Shown here piece after piece: positions 8,551-18,673 of a stretch of 61,987 nt of DNA. How positions within the stretch are numbered: position 1 is the stretch's first letter; the number at the start of each line of letters is the position of its first letter. The stretch is taken from contig CAZRVG010000001.1 in the NCBI GenBank assembly GCA_964603475.1, positions 1 to 61,987 of the forward strand, read 5' to 3'. This stretch comes from an uncultured Candidatus Saccharibacteria bacterium (lineage in GTDB: Bacteria; Patescibacteriota; Minisyncoccia; Minisyncoccales; UBA5738). The position numbers and the translations under genes are program-made. Under the pieces are notes generated by a model. The model had not been told where the DNA came from. It ran no database searches and saw only the letters and a list, made by a program, of their open reading frames with translations.

Positions 8551-10314
8551 ATGGAAGAAAAAAGAGCAATTTCCGCAAAAACAATATTCGCGCATTTTTG
8601 GCAGGGAGTTTTTCCGCATCGGCGGCTTTTTTGGATTTGCATCACCGCGTTCACCATAACCCAGTTTATTGAGTTGGCAATTCCGATTTTTTACAAGGGA
8701 TTTTTTGACGAATTGACAAACCCTGCGGTACAAGCCGCCGATCTGATAAAAATTATTATAATCATCGCCGGAATCCACTTCATTAATTGGATATTTGCTG
8801 CCATTGCACACCTGACACTTACTAATGGAGAAGCAAAAATTATGGCCAAATTGAAACAAAAAGCGTTTGACTGCTTGATGCTTCATTCACGAAAATTTTT
8901 TGTTAATAATTTTGCCGGTTCTTTGGTACAAAAAATTAATCGCTTTTCGCGGGCATTCGAAATATTGATGGACAGTTTTGTTTTTAATTTAATACCCATA
9001 ACAATAACTGTTATTGGAGCAATCGCGGTTACCGCGATCATCGCGCCGCCGATATCTTTGATTATTGCGATTTGGTCATTTTTTGTAATCGTTTCCAATT
9101 TCATTTTTTTTCGCTGGAAAGTGAAATATAACGTCATCGCCGCGGCCGCGGACTCAAAAACTACCGGATTGCTTTCAGACAATATCATCAATTATATCTC
9201 GGTTAAATTGTTCAATGGTTATCGGCGCGAATCAAAAAACTTTAAAAACGTCTCCAACGATCAAGCGCAAAAAACACTATTAACATGGCGGCTTGATAAC
9301 ATTGCCAACATTGTTCATCATTTGCTGATTTTTTTGGTGGAGTTTGCCGCGTTCTATTACACAATTTTACTTTGGCAAAAAGGCCTCGCCCCAATCGGCA
9401 CTTTTGTTTTGGTGCAAACTTATATTATTGGTATTTCGCACCATTTGTGGGGGGTGGGGCGAATGTTCCGCGGAATCTATCAAGCGATGGCCGATTCAAA
9501 AGAAATGGTGGAGATTTTGGAAACTCCGCACCGAATTAAGGATATTCCCGGCGCCAAAATTTTACAGAAAGCAGCGGGTAAAATTGAGTTTCGCGATGTT
9601 GTTTTCGGCTTTCAAGGAGACCGCGTGATTTTGAAAAACTTAAACTTAACCATCAACGCCGGCGAACAGGTAGCGATCGTCGGCTCGTCGGGCGCGGGTA
9701 AAACCACGCTCACCGGATTGCTTTTGCGCTTGTTTGATTCGATAAGCGGAAAAATTTTAATTGACGGGAACAATATCCAAGAAATCACGCAGGAAAGCTT
9801 GCGCCAAAATATCAGCCTGGTCCCCCAAGATCCCACGCTTTTCCATCGTTCTATTTTGGAGAATATCCGTTACAGCCGCCCCGAAGCATCCGACGAAGAA
9901 GTGATCGCCGCCGCGCGAATGGCGCATTGCGACAAATTTATTGAGAGAATGCCCGCCGGATACCAAACTTTGGTGGGTGAGCGGGGAGTTAAACTCTCCG
10001 GCGGCGAGCGGCAAAGAGTGGCAATCGCCCGCGCGATTTTGAAACGCGCCCCGATTTTGATTTTGGACGAAGCCACCTCATCACTTGATTCAAAATCCGA
10101 AGCGCTCATTCAAGACGCGCTCAACGCGTTGATGAAAGACCAAACCGTGATCGCCATCGCGCACCGCCTTTCTACCATTCGCAAAATGGATCGGGTGGTG
10201 GTGATAAAAAACGGCAAAGTCGCCGAAGAAGGCAAACACTCATCGTTAATTCGCAAAAAAGACGGCATCTACCGCAAACTCTGGCGCCTCCAATCCGCCG
10301 GCTTCATCAAATAA
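8551..10314 (+). CDS. ABC transporter permease/ATP-binding protein (exporter)
   Basis: TM domain plus Walker A GSSGAGKT, LSGGERQR, ILILDEATS, IAHRLST. Confidence 0.95.
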   Translation: MEEKRAISAKTIFAHFWQGVFPHRRLFWICITAFTITQFIELAIPIFYKGFFDELTNPAVQAADLIKIIIIIAGIHFINWIFAAIAHLTLTNGEAKIMAKLKQKAFDCLMLHSRKFFVNNFAGSLVQKINRFSRAFEILMDSFVFNLIPITITVIGAIAVTAIIAPPISLIIAIWSFFVIVSNFIFFRWKVKYNVIAAAADSKTTGLLSDNIINYISVKLFNGYRRESKNFKNVSNDQAQKTLLTWRLDNIANIVHHLLIFLVEFAAFYYTILLWQKGLAPIGTFVLVQTYIIGISHHLWGVGRMFRGIYQAMADSKEMVEILETPHRIKDIPGAKILQKAAGKIEFRDVVFGFQGDRVILKNLNLTINAGEQVAIVGSSGAGKTTLTGLLLRLFDSISGKILIDGNNIQEITQESLRQNISLVPQDPTLFHRSILENIRYSRPEASDEEVIAAARMAHCDKFIERMPAGYQTLVGERGVKLSGGERQRVAIARAILKRAPILILDEATSSLDSKSEALIQDALNALMKDQTVIAIAHRLSTIRKMDRVVVIKNGKVAEEGKHSSLIRKKDGIYRKLWRLQSAGFIK

Positions 10315-10393
10315 ACATCAAACCCTGAACTTTAAAGCCTGAACTTTAAACTTTGACCATTAAAAATCGAACTTTGACGCTTATCAACCCTTC

Positions 10394-10434
10394 AATAAAT
10401 TGCGTGGGTCTGACCCACGCAAAAAAACATATGA
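10394..10434 (+). repeat. Left ~40-bp direct repeat containing the family A palindrome TGCGTGGGT-CTG-ACCCACGCA and ending at the transposase ATG
   Basis: aataaattgcgtgggtctgacccacgcaaaaaaacatatga. Confidence 0.92.
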
Positions 10435-11210
10435 GCATTAAAGTTGAACCATTTACGGTAGGCGATTATATCCATGCGTATAATTGCGGCAACAAAAAAG
10501 CGCAAATATTCTTTGACAAGTCGGATTATTGGCGGTTTTCGTGGTGCCTAAGATTTTTTAATGACCAAAGAAGTATTTATGATTTTGCCAAATGCTTAAC
10601 CGATTTAGTCTATGAACAAAAAGAAATCTTGCAAAAATTGCGTGGGTCTGACCCACGCAGAAAGGCACCCTATCTGGATGGACGAAATACTTTTGAATGG
10701 CGAACCGAAGAATGGGGAGAGCAACAGCCATTAGTTCAAATAATATCTTATCATTTGTCGCCAAATCACTTTCATTTGTTTTTAAAAGAGATTATTTCTG
10801 GCGGTATCAGTAAATTTATGCAAAAAATCGGCGGGGGATATACTGTTTACCGAAACTTAAAAAGCCATGAAGCTGGAAGAATATTTCAAGGCAGCTATCG
10901 CGGGAAGACAATAAAGGATGAAAGATACTTTCAATATTTAGACGCGTATATTCAGGTTTTCAATGCTTTTGAGCTTTTTGAGGGCGGAATTTTAAACGCC
11001 CTCAACCATTTTGACGAAGCGTTTCAATTCGCGCTGGATTATCCGTTCTGTAGTCTGGGCGAATCATTCGGAATAAGAAATTTGGGAATTGTTAATAGGA
11101 GCTCTTTCCAAGAGAAATTTCCAAATTTAGAAACATACAAAGAATTTTGCCGCGACGCATTATTAACCCGGAGTGTCCGTGAATTTTTGGGTAAATTAAC
11201 CCTGGAATAA
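10431..11210 (+). mobile_element. REP-associated tyrosine transposase-like (RAYT / Y1 HUH) gene; likely start is ATG 10431
   Basis: YIHAYNCGN...IF..DY.RF, YHLSPNHFHL (HUH), IFQGSY, AYIQ (catalytic Tyr); flanked by palindromes. Confidence 0.85.
10639..10659. repeat. Family A palindrome inside the transposase CDS (encodes LRGSDPR)
   Basis: tgcgtgggtctgacccacgca, identical to 10400-10421 core. Confidence 0.92.
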
Positions 11211-11245
11211 ATTGCGTGGGTAAGACCCACGCAAAAAACATATGA
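11206..11245 (+). repeat. Right ~40-bp direct repeat (loop AAG) ending at the DUF2207 ATG
   Basis: aataaattgcgtgggtaagacccacgcaaaaaacatatga. Confidence 0.92.
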
Positions 11246-12957
11246 AAAAAATATTGGAAATAATAATGATTTGGGGAATAATTATTTTTTTGCCGGTTTG
11301 GGCGCAGGCAAGAGATGCAGGCCAAATTACGGATTGGTATGTTAGGGACTTTCAAAGCACGATTACGGTCAATGACGACGCATCGCTTTTGGTTGAAGAA
11401 AAAATTATTGCCGATTGCGGGAATTTGCCGGACAAGCACGGAATTTTTCGGATTTTGCCCGTGCAAACAAGAACCGAAAGCGGAATCATCAAAACTCCGA
11501 TTGAATTGGTTTCCATCACTGATTTTTCCGGCAATAAAATTACATATTCAACAAGCGTTGACAATTTTAACCATACGATAACCTATAAAATCGGCGATCC
11601 GAATATCACCATAAAAGGAGAAAACGAATATAAAATCACATATTTGGTAAAAAACGCGATCCGGGCGCGAAGCAACGATTTTGACGAATTGTATTGGAAT
11701 CTGTCCGGCAATTTTTGGGACATTGAAATTGATAATTTTGGCGCCGAGATTATTTTCCCGGCAGAAATAAATCGAAACAATTCCGAAGTTTATTTATATA
11801 GCGGCGGTTTGGGCGAAAAAGAAAATCTGTTGGCGAATTATCAATGGAAAAGCGACAATATTTTGCGCGTTTATTCCAACAAAATTCTAATGCCGCGGCA
11901 GGGGACTACCGCGTCAATAATATTCCCAAAAGGAATTATCGCTTCGCATAAACCAAATCTTTTTGAAGCGTATGGCGATTATTTGTGGTTTTTGATTCCG
12001 GTATTGGTTTTTATTTTCAGTTTTTTGATTTGGAATAAACACGGCAAAGACCCGCGGATTGATAAAACGATAATTCCGGAATTTGAAATTCCCCAAAATT
12101 TAACGCCAATGGAAATGGGAATGTTAGCGCAAAACGGAGGATTTAACGATAAGTTTATCACCGCGACAATCGTTGATCTGGCAGTTAAAAAATACATCAT
12201 CATTGAAGAAATTCCCAAAAAGGGAATATTCGGCAAACAGGATTTTTACTTAAAAAAAATCTCCGCCGATTTTAGCGAGCTTGGCAATCCCGAAAAAACG
12301 CTGATTGATAAAATATTTGTCGCAAAGCAAGAGGTTTTATTGTCAAAATTAAAAAATAATTTTTACAAAGATTTGCCGTCAATCAAAAAATCCGCCGCGA
12401 CAGCGCTGGAAAACAAAGACCTCATTTATCCCGGCGGACAAGTGTTAAAAATTACTTTTATAATAATCGGAATGACAGTTCTTGGTTTTGGAATCTTTAT
12501 GTTAAATTTTGGATTTTATTGGATTATTGCAATCTTGCTATCAGCGATAATTTTGGAATTTTTCGGAATTTTAATGCCCAAACGAACCCCGCAAGGCGCC
12601 GAGTTAAATTGGCGGATAAAGGGTTTTAAATTATATATGGAAACCGCTGAAAAATATCGCGCGCGATTTTATGAAAAAGAAAACATTTTTGAAAAATTTC
12701 TGCCTTACGCGATAATGTTTGGCATAACAAAACTTTGGATCAAAAAAATGGAAGAAATCTATGGCAAGGAATATTTTAACAATTATCATCCAATCTGGTA
12801 TGCCGGCGCGATAACAAGCTTTAACGCCGATAGTTTTTCCTCGCAAATAAACACGCTATCTTCGGGCATTGCCTCCAATATCGGCACGGCATCCGGCGCG
12901 CACGGCACCGGCGGTGCCGGCGGAGGGGGTGGTGGCGGAGGGGGCGGCGGCTGGTAA
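11242..12957 (+). CDS. DUF2207 domain membrane protein (YciQ-like)
   Basis: Signal peptide, HGIFR, DELYWN, KRTPQG, FEKFLPYAIMFG, C-terminal GGGGGGGW. Confidence 0.92.
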   Translation: MKKILEIIMIWGIIIFLPVWAQARDAGQITDWYVRDFQSTITVNDDASLLVEEKIIADCGNLPDKHGIFRILPVQTRTESGIIKTPIELVSITDFSGNKITYSTSVDNFNHTITYKIGDPNITIKGENEYKITYLVKNAIRARSNDFDELYWNLSGNFWDIEIDNFGAEIIFPAEINRNNSEVYLYSGGLGEKENLLANYQWKSDNILRVYSNKILMPRQGTTASIIFPKGIIASHKPNLFEAYGDYLWFLIPVLVFIFSFLIWNKHGKDPRIDKTIIPEFEIPQNLTPMEMGMLAQNGGFNDKFITATIVDLAVKKYIIIEEIPKKGIFGKQDFYLKKISADFSELGNPEKTLIDKIFVAKQEVLLSKLKNNFYKDLPSIKKSAATALENKDLIYPGGQVLKITFIIIGMTVLGFGIFMLNFGFYWIIAILLSAIILEFFGILMPKRTPQGAELNWRIKGFKLYMETAEKYRARFYEKENIFEKFLPYAIMFGITKLWIKKMEEIYGKEYFNNYHPIWYAGAITSFNADSFSSQINTLSSGIASNIGTASGAHGTGGAGGGGGGGGGGGW

Positions 12958-12959
12958 AT

Positions 12960-13595
12960 ATGAATTTAATTGAGCATTTAATTGAATCGGGGTATTTAAA
13001 AACTCCGCGGATAATCGCGGCATTTCGCGCCATCAAGCGCAAGGACTTTTTGCCCGCGGATTTACCGCACCGGCATATTTTGGTCGAATTGGATGAGGCA
13101 ATTTCCATCGGATTCGCGCAAACAATTTCCCAGCCCGCGGTAGTGGCGTTTATGCTGGAACTTTTAGATCCGCAACCCGGGCAAAAAATTCTGGATATTG
13201 GCTATGGCTCCGGCTGGACCACCGCGCTTTTGGCGCATATTGTCACGCAAGAAGGCAAAAAAGGCAAAGTGGTGGCCATCGAGAGGATAAAACCTTTGGC
13301 GGAATTTGGCAAAGAAAATATCGCCAAATACGGATTTATCAAAAATCGCGCCGTACAATCCGTTGTCGACGACGGATCAAAGGGCTACGAACCGCAAGCG
13401 CCTTACGACCGGATTTTAGCATCCGCTTCCGCGCAAAGAATTCCCGAACAATGGGAAAAGCAGTTAAACTCCTGCGGAATAATCGTGGCGCCTTTGGAAA
13501 GCGCGATCGTTAAAATTGAAAAAACAAAAGAGGGGATTTTTAGCGAAAACCGCTACGAAGGGTTTGCCTTCGTGCCTCTCGTGCAAGAAACTTAA
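12960..13595 (+). CDS. pcm: Protein-L-isoaspartate O-methyltransferase
   Basis: QTISQP, ILDIGYGSGW, DGSKGYEPQAPYDRI, FVPL. Confidence 0.92.
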   Translation: MNLIEHLIESGYLKTPRIIAAFRAIKRKDFLPADLPHRHILVELDEAISIGFAQTISQPAVVAFMLELLDPQPGQKILDIGYGSGWTTALLAHIVTQEGKKGKVVAIERIKPLAEFGKENIAKYGFIKNRAVQSVVDDGSKGYEPQAPYDRILASASAQRIPEQWEKQLNSCGIIVAPLESAIVKIEKTKEGIFSENRYEGFAFVPLVQET

Positions 13596-13987
13596 TTTTT
13601 TTGCTCCTTTTCGCCTCTTACCGCCAACAATTGCACGCCCAACCATGAAATTTTCCCTCCGGCAAAAATCAAAAAGGTGCCAAATATCGACCACGACAAA
13701 ATATTGAGCATTTTGGCAATTGCGTCATCGGGAAGCATATCAACCATGGCGCGATTGACCGAATATTGTATCTGATTTTGCAAATAATCCTGCGCGCCCT
13801 CAATAGATAAGGCATTAAGATCCGCCTGCGGCGGCAAAGCGCTTTCTTGTTTCTTGGATGAAGCCTCAAACACCGCCGGAAATTCGGCTTTTGCCGTGAA
13901 ATATTGATATGACGCGTTGATCGCCCAGCCGATAACCAGCAACCCCGCAACCACCAAGCACCAACCCGCAATAATTTTTATGTTCAT
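13592..13987 (-). CDS. Hypothetical 2-TM membrane protein (ATG 13987 preferred)
   Basis: Two hydrophobic segments flanking a soluble loop. Confidence 0.7.
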   Translation of the reverse strand: MNIKIIAGWCLVVAGLLVIGWAINASYQYFTAKAEFPAVFEASSKKQESALPPQADLNALSIEGAQDYLQNQIQYSVNRAMVDMLPDDAIAKMLNILSWSIFGTFLIFAGGKISWLGVQLLAVRGEKEQKN

Positions 13988-14001
13988 AATGGAAAATAAT
14001 C

Positions 14002-14144
14002 TCGAAACACGAATATCGAAATCCGAAACAAGCACAAATTTCCAAATATTAAATATCTAAAACAGAACACAGAATTATTTTAAAAATTTGAAAATTAGAA
14101 TTTTGATATTGTTTCGAGATTCGAAATTCGATATTCGGATTTAG
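14002..14144. repeat. Imperfect inverted repeat built from ~7-nt periodic subunits (cgaatat/cgaaatc ... attcgaa/attcgat)
   Basis: cgaatatcgaaatccgaa at 14010 pairs imperfectly with ttcgaaattcgatattcg near 14120. Confidence 0.65.
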
Positions 14145-15553
14145 CTTTCATAAAAAGCTTTGTATGCCAAATAGGTCGAATAAATATCGGCCTTTGACGC
14201 GATCTCAAACGGCGCATGCATTGAAAGCAATGCCGGGCCCATATCAACCACATCGATATTGTTTCGCGCGAAAAAAACCGCGATTGTTCCGCCGCCGCCT
14301 TCATCAACCTTGCCCAAGCCGCCGGTTTGCCAATTGATTTTATTTGTGTTCAAAGTTTTTCTCACAAACGCCATATATTCAGCGGTCGCTTCGCTGGTAT
14401 CATATTTTCCATGGTGGCCGCAATGTTTTTCCATCACCACGCCCGCGCCAATCCGTGCGGTATTCAACGAATCAAACACATCTGCATAATCCGGGTCAAA
14501 TCCCGCGGTCACATCCGCGGATATCGCCTTTGACAAGGTTAAAGTATCGCGCAAATAATTCTCGTTATGTTCGCCAGTTTCCAAATAAAGCAACTCGCTG
14601 ATGAAGTCGGTAATATAATTTGAACTCGCTCCCGTATTGCCCTCGCTGCCAATTTCTTCTTTGTCGGTCAAAACAACAACCGTCGCGTATTCATTTTGCT
14701 TGGCATCAAACGTTGATTGAAGCGCCGCATAAGCGCAAACGCGATCATCGTGGCCATAGGCGGCAATCATACTTCGGTCAAATCCAAGATCACGAGCAAG
14801 CCCTTGCGGAACCAATTCCAAATCGGCAGAAACAAAATCTTCTTCGGCAATGCCATACTTTTCATTTAACAATTTCAGCAAATTTTTCTTAACCGCATCT
14901 TTATCCTTATCATCTCCATTTTTGACCGCCATACTGCCGGCAACCACATTCAAGCTTTCGGCGGTTATTGCTTCGGATAATTTTTTTTCTTCCTGCTGTT
15001 TTGCCAAATGGGGCAATAAATCGGTAATCATAAAAATTGGGTCTTCGGGCTTGTCGCCGATAGATATTTCCACCTTTAATCCGTCCTGCTTAATAATTAC
15101 GCCGTAAATTGCCAGCGGCAAGGCAGTCCACTGGTATTTTTTAATGCCGCCGTAATAATGGGTTTTCAAAAATGCAATATGTTCGCCCTCAAACAGCGGT
15201 TTTACTTTCAAATCAAGACGGGGAGAATCAATATGCGCCAAAATTATCCGCGCGCCGCTTTTTATCGGTTTTTTGCCGGGTTTTGCCAAAATTATTGATT
15301 TGCCGCGATTAATGGAATAAACCGGCTTGTTAAAGTTCGTTTTATCGGCTTGTCCGATGTGTTCCAATTTTTGAAAGCCGGCGTCTTTGGCTCTCTGCTC
15401 AATATAAGAAACATTTTTTCGCTCCGTTTTGCATTCGCTTAGGAATTTTTTGTATTCCTCGCAAAAATCAAAGCATTTTTTTATTGTCGCTTCGTCCCAA
15501 ACGTCAAACGCGAATTTTTTCTCAAACAACAAATTTTTTTCTTTTTTATCCAT
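14141..15553 (-). CDS. M18 family aminopeptidase
   Basis: AHIDSPRLDLK, GHDDRVC, DKEEIGSEG, ISADV, SMHAPFE. Confidence 0.92.
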   Translation of the reverse strand: MDKKEKNLLFEKKFAFDVWDEATIKKCFDFCEEYKKFLSECKTERKNVSYIEQRAKDAGFQKLEHIGQADKTNFNKPVYSINRGKSIILAKPGKKPIKSGARIILAHIDSPRLDLKVKPLFEGEHIAFLKTHYYGGIKKYQWTALPLAIYGVIIKQDGLKVEISIGDKPEDPIFMITDLLPHLAKQQEEKKLSEAITAESLNVVAGSMAVKNGDDKDKDAVKKNLLKLLNEKYGIAEEDFVSADLELVPQGLARDLGFDRSMIAAYGHDDRVCAYAALQSTFDAKQNEYATVVVLTDKEEIGSEGNTGASSNYITDFISELLYLETGEHNENYLRDTLTLSKAISADVTAGFDPDYADVFDSLNTARIGAGVVMEKHCGHHGKYDTSEATAEYMAFVRKTLNTNKINWQTGGLGKVDEGGGGTIAVFFARNNIDVVDMGPALLSMHAPFEIASKADIYSTYLAYKAFYES

Positions 15554-15628
15554 TATTTTTGTGTTATTATCCTCTTATCCAATATTTTTAAATTACTTCA
15601 TTTGCCGCAAAAAGTAAAACGCCAATAT

Positions 15629-16144
15629 ATGAAAAAATCCTTAGTTATTGTTTTAGCCATCGCAACAATTTTGATCGCCGCTGGAATTTGGCAATCGAGA
15701 CAAACAACAAATATGCCGGAGCCGGAAATTGAAATCGAAAAAAAATCAGTTACCAAGAATCAAAATTCCACGGAACTAAAAACCAACGATACGCAAAATA
15801 ACGAAGAAATAATTGATAATTTTGAAAAATGCGTTGCCGCCGGAAAAGAAGTGATCGGCGAAGCGCCGCACCGCCGCTGTATCGTCAACGACGATTTGGC
15901 ATATATCGAAATCGAAACCTGCGCCGCTCCCGGCGGCGAAAAAATCAACCTACTTGAAGCCCAGCGGATATTTGATATGAGCCAATGTTCGCGAGAGGGC
16001 AGCGCCAAAGAAACCCATCAATGCGACGAACAAAACGGCACGCTGGAAATCGACATCCTTGCCTACCGCAAAAATTGCGCCGCCGTGTGCGTGATCAACA
16101 TCACCTCAAAATCCGCCCAAGTTGATTGGCGGTGCGAAGAATAG
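15629..16144 (+). CDS. Membrane-anchored Cys-rich extracellular hypothetical protein
   Basis: N-terminal TM, NFEKCVAAG module, C-terminal multi-Cys domain ending WRC. Confidence 0.75.
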   Translation: MKKSLVIVLAIATILIAAGIWQSRQTTNMPEPEIEIEKKSVTKNQNSTELKTNDTQNNEEIIDNFEKCVAAGKEVIGEAPHRRCIVNDDLAYIEIETCAAPGGEKINLLEAQRIFDMSQCSREGSAKETHQCDEQNGTLEIDILAYRKNCAAVCVINITSKSAQVDWRCEE

Positions 16145-16152
16145 TTGCAAGT

Positions 16153-16194
16153 TGATGAGTGATGAGTGATGAGTGATGAGTGATGAGTGATGAG
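16153..16194. repeat. Perfect heptamer tandem (TGATGAG)x6
   Basis: Direct reading of the sequence. Confidence 0.97.
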
Positions 16195-16238
16195 AACGCG
16201 ATACCTGCCCAATTGCAGGCATTTATTGTTGCCCAACC

Positions 16239-16266
16239 TTGACAAAATCCCATTTTTATGTATAAT
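16239..16266 (+). promoter_or_regulatory. sigma70 promoter TTGACA-N16-TATAAT
   Basis: Consensus hexamers upstream of 16284. Confidence 0.8.
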
Positions 16267-16283
16267 AAAAACAGGAGAATTTT

Positions 16284-16712
16284 ATGGATAGGAAAAAGAT
16301 AGGAAAAGGAGCTATTGAGTGGATCTGCAGAATTTTTATCATAGCATTACTCTCAGTAGCATTAGGATCTGCCTTCATAGACAGAGCCGACCTTGCGAAG
16401 CAAATGCTTTGGGATATCTCTTGTATTGGTGGAGCAATATTGATTGCCGTTATTGTCGCAAAACACATCAAGCGGCAAGGCGGATGGGCAACTGATATTG
16501 TGATAGCATTTTTTGTTTCACTATTTGCATTAAGAATTGCGGTTGTGCTATCGGATATATTCTATTCAGCGATAGAAGCCACTCAATCCTTAATGGCAGT
16601 GGAAAATGCTACGGCGGCGCTTGGATCGTCTTTAGCGCTTATCGTAATAGCCATACTTGCGATAGATGGCTTATATCAACGATATAAAAGACAATCTGCT
16701 TCATCAACATAG
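16284..16712 (+). CDS. Hypothetical 4-TM membrane protein, atypical codon usage
   Basis: Own promoter and GGAG SD; frequent ATA/GCA codons unlike its neighbours. Confidence 0.7.
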   Translation: MDRKKIGKGAIEWICRIFIIALLSVALGSAFIDRADLAKQMLWDISCIGGAILIAVIVAKHIKRQGGWATDIVIAFFVSLFALRIAVVLSDIFYSAIEATQSLMAVENATAALGSSLALIVIAILAIDGLYQRYKRQSASST

Positions 16713-16763
16713 AGGATTATCCCTCTTTTTTTTACAAATGCGGGTTTGGTGTATAATGGGATT

Positions 16764-17978
16764 ATGGAAGATCAAAATCAATCAAATCTCTTTGAGGGGG
16801 CGCCGCTTGGCGTGGCGCAATTTATCGACAAAATCAATTCGCGGATAAAGCCGATAAACGCAAAAATTATCGGCGAGGTGAGCGAAGCCAAACCCGGGCC
16901 CACGGGGCATGTTTATTTTTCATTGAAAGATGAGGATGGCGGTGCGGTGATTTCCTGCGCTCTCTGGAAGTCGCGCGCCGATCTTTTCGGGATTCAATTA
17001 AAAGTTGGAATGAAAATCATCGCCTCCGGCCATTGCGAAATTTATCCGCCCAGCGGCCGGTTTTCATTTATTTGCGACACGATAGAGCTTGCCGGAGAAG
17101 GCGCGCTGAAAGCCGCCTATGACAAATTGCTCAAAGAACTCGCCGCCGAGGGAATTTTTGCACCGGAGAAAAAACGCGCAATTCCTAAATATTGTCGTAA
17201 AATTGGTATTATCACCGCGCGCCAAGGCGCGGTGATCCATGATTTTTTAAACAACATCGGCCAATTCGGCTTTCAAATTGAATTCATTGATTCGCGCGTG
17301 GAAGGCCAGCTGGCGGCGGGCGATTTGCTGGCGTCAATTAACACTTTCAAAAAAAGGCAAATTGATGTTTTGGTGGTGATGCGCGGCGGCGGATCTCTGG
17401 AGGCGATGCTTGCCTTTAACAATGAAACTATCGTGCGCGAAATCGCCAAATTTCCCGTGCCGGTGATCGCGGCAATCGGGCACGACAGGGATATACCGCT
17501 GGCGGCAATGGCCGCGGATCGCGCGGTTTCCACACCCACCGCCGCAGCAAATTTGCTCACCCAATCATGGCAAGAAATTTTTCGCAAACTTGACCATTGC
17601 GAAACCATAATTCTTGGCGGATACAAAAACGCGCTGATCCAAAATCAATCCCGCCTGCGCCAATACGCGGGAATTTTGGCCAACTTCAAATATATTCTGC
17701 AAAGCATCAATCGACGCCTGGACACAATGATGCAAAATTCAATTTTGGCGATAAAAAACAAATTGGCATCATCAAAAAATCAAATTGACTATTTGCAAAA
17801 TTTCATCGCCGCGCACGATCCCGAAAAGCAGTTGAAATTGGGCTATTCCATCGCCAAAATCAACGGCAAAATCGTCAAAAGCGCCAAAAATGTAACTATC
17901 GGCGATAATTTGGATATAAATTTTTGCGATGGTATAATCAATTCCGAAGCAAAAAACAAAAAAATCTATGGAAAATAA
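16764..17978 (+). CDS. xseA: Exodeoxyribonuclease VII large subunit
   Basis: GHVYFSLKD, RGGGSLE, AIGHDRD, TPTAAA, LKLGYSI. Confidence 0.95.
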   Translation: MEDQNQSNLFEGAPLGVAQFIDKINSRIKPINAKIIGEVSEAKPGPTGHVYFSLKDEDGGAVISCALWKSRADLFGIQLKVGMKIIASGHCEIYPPSGRFSFICDTIELAGEGALKAAYDKLLKELAAEGIFAPEKKRAIPKYCRKIGIITARQGAVIHDFLNNIGQFGFQIEFIDSRVEGQLAAGDLLASINTFKKRQIDVLVVMRGGGSLEAMLAFNNETIVREIAKFPVPVIAAIGHDRDIPLAAMAADRAVSTPTAAANLLTQSWQEIFRKLDHCETIILGGYKNALIQNQSRLRQYAGILANFKYILQSINRRLDTMMQNSILAIKNKLASSKNQIDYLQNFIAAHDPEKQLKLGYSIAKINGKIVKSAKNVTIGDNLDINFCDGIINSEAKNKKIYGK

Positions 17979-18192
17979 AACCAAAAAGAAATCCCCGAGC
18001 CTGGGAGAAAATCTGGCGCAATTAAACGAGATCGCCGAGTGGTTTGGTGCGCAAAAAGAAGTGGACGTGGAAACCGGAATTGAAAAAGTGAAAACCGCCG
18101 CCGAGCTGATAAAATCCAGCCGCGAAAAGCTCAACAAGCTGGAAAACGAATTCAAAGAAATCGAAAAAGACTTCTCTGAAAATCAAGAATAA
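17968..18192 (+). CDS. xseB: Exodeoxyribonuclease VII small subunit
   Basis: Position after xseA; L..L.EI..WF...DVE.GIEKVK pattern. Confidence 0.88.
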   Translation: MENKTKKKSPSLGENLAQLNEIAEWFGAQKEVDVETGIEKVKTAAELIKSSREKLNKLENEFKEIEKDFSENQE

Positions 18193-18205
18193 TTTTAAAA
18201 ACGAT

Positions 18206-18662
18206 ATGAGGCAAATTGAGAGAAATATAGTTTCCGGAATGATTTTTTCAAAAGATGGAAAATTGTTCCAAGGATTGAAGGATCCGCGAAAGGGCGGAGT
18301 ATATTCGGATTGTTGGCATCTTCCCGGAGGCGGAGTTGGTCCAAATGAAACAAGAGAAAATGCCATCGTCAGGGAAAATCAAAGAAGAAACCGGCATCGA
18401 CATTTCCAATTATAAAATCGAATTGATTGATAATTCGGGAATTGGAGAATCAAAAAAAATCATGAAAACAGGAGAGGAGGTTTTATGTAGAATGAATTTT
18501 TTTGTTTACAAAATAGAAATCAATGATAAGAATTCGGCAGATATCAAAATTGATCTCAACGATGATCTTGTTGAATACCGATGGACGAAATTAAAAGAAC
18601 TGCCAAGCCTCAAATTAACCCCGCCATCAACTGAATTATTCAAAAAATTAGGATACATTTAA
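18206..18662 (+). pseudogene. NUDIX hydrolase split by a +1 A frameshift at ~18375-18378
   Basis: Removing one A from gggaaaatc restores the Nudix box GGVGPNETRENAIVREIKEETGI. Confidence 0.85.
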
Positions 18663-18673
18663 ATCAAAAAAAT

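Noticed and set aside
10353-10430. TTG-initiated N-terminal extension of the transposase
   Set aside because: It would translate the flanking palindrome; ATG 10431 matches the family start and the duplicated leader.
16153-16194. Heptamer tandem as CRISPR or coding repeat
   Set aside because: A simple intergenic SSR; covered under the periodic elements.
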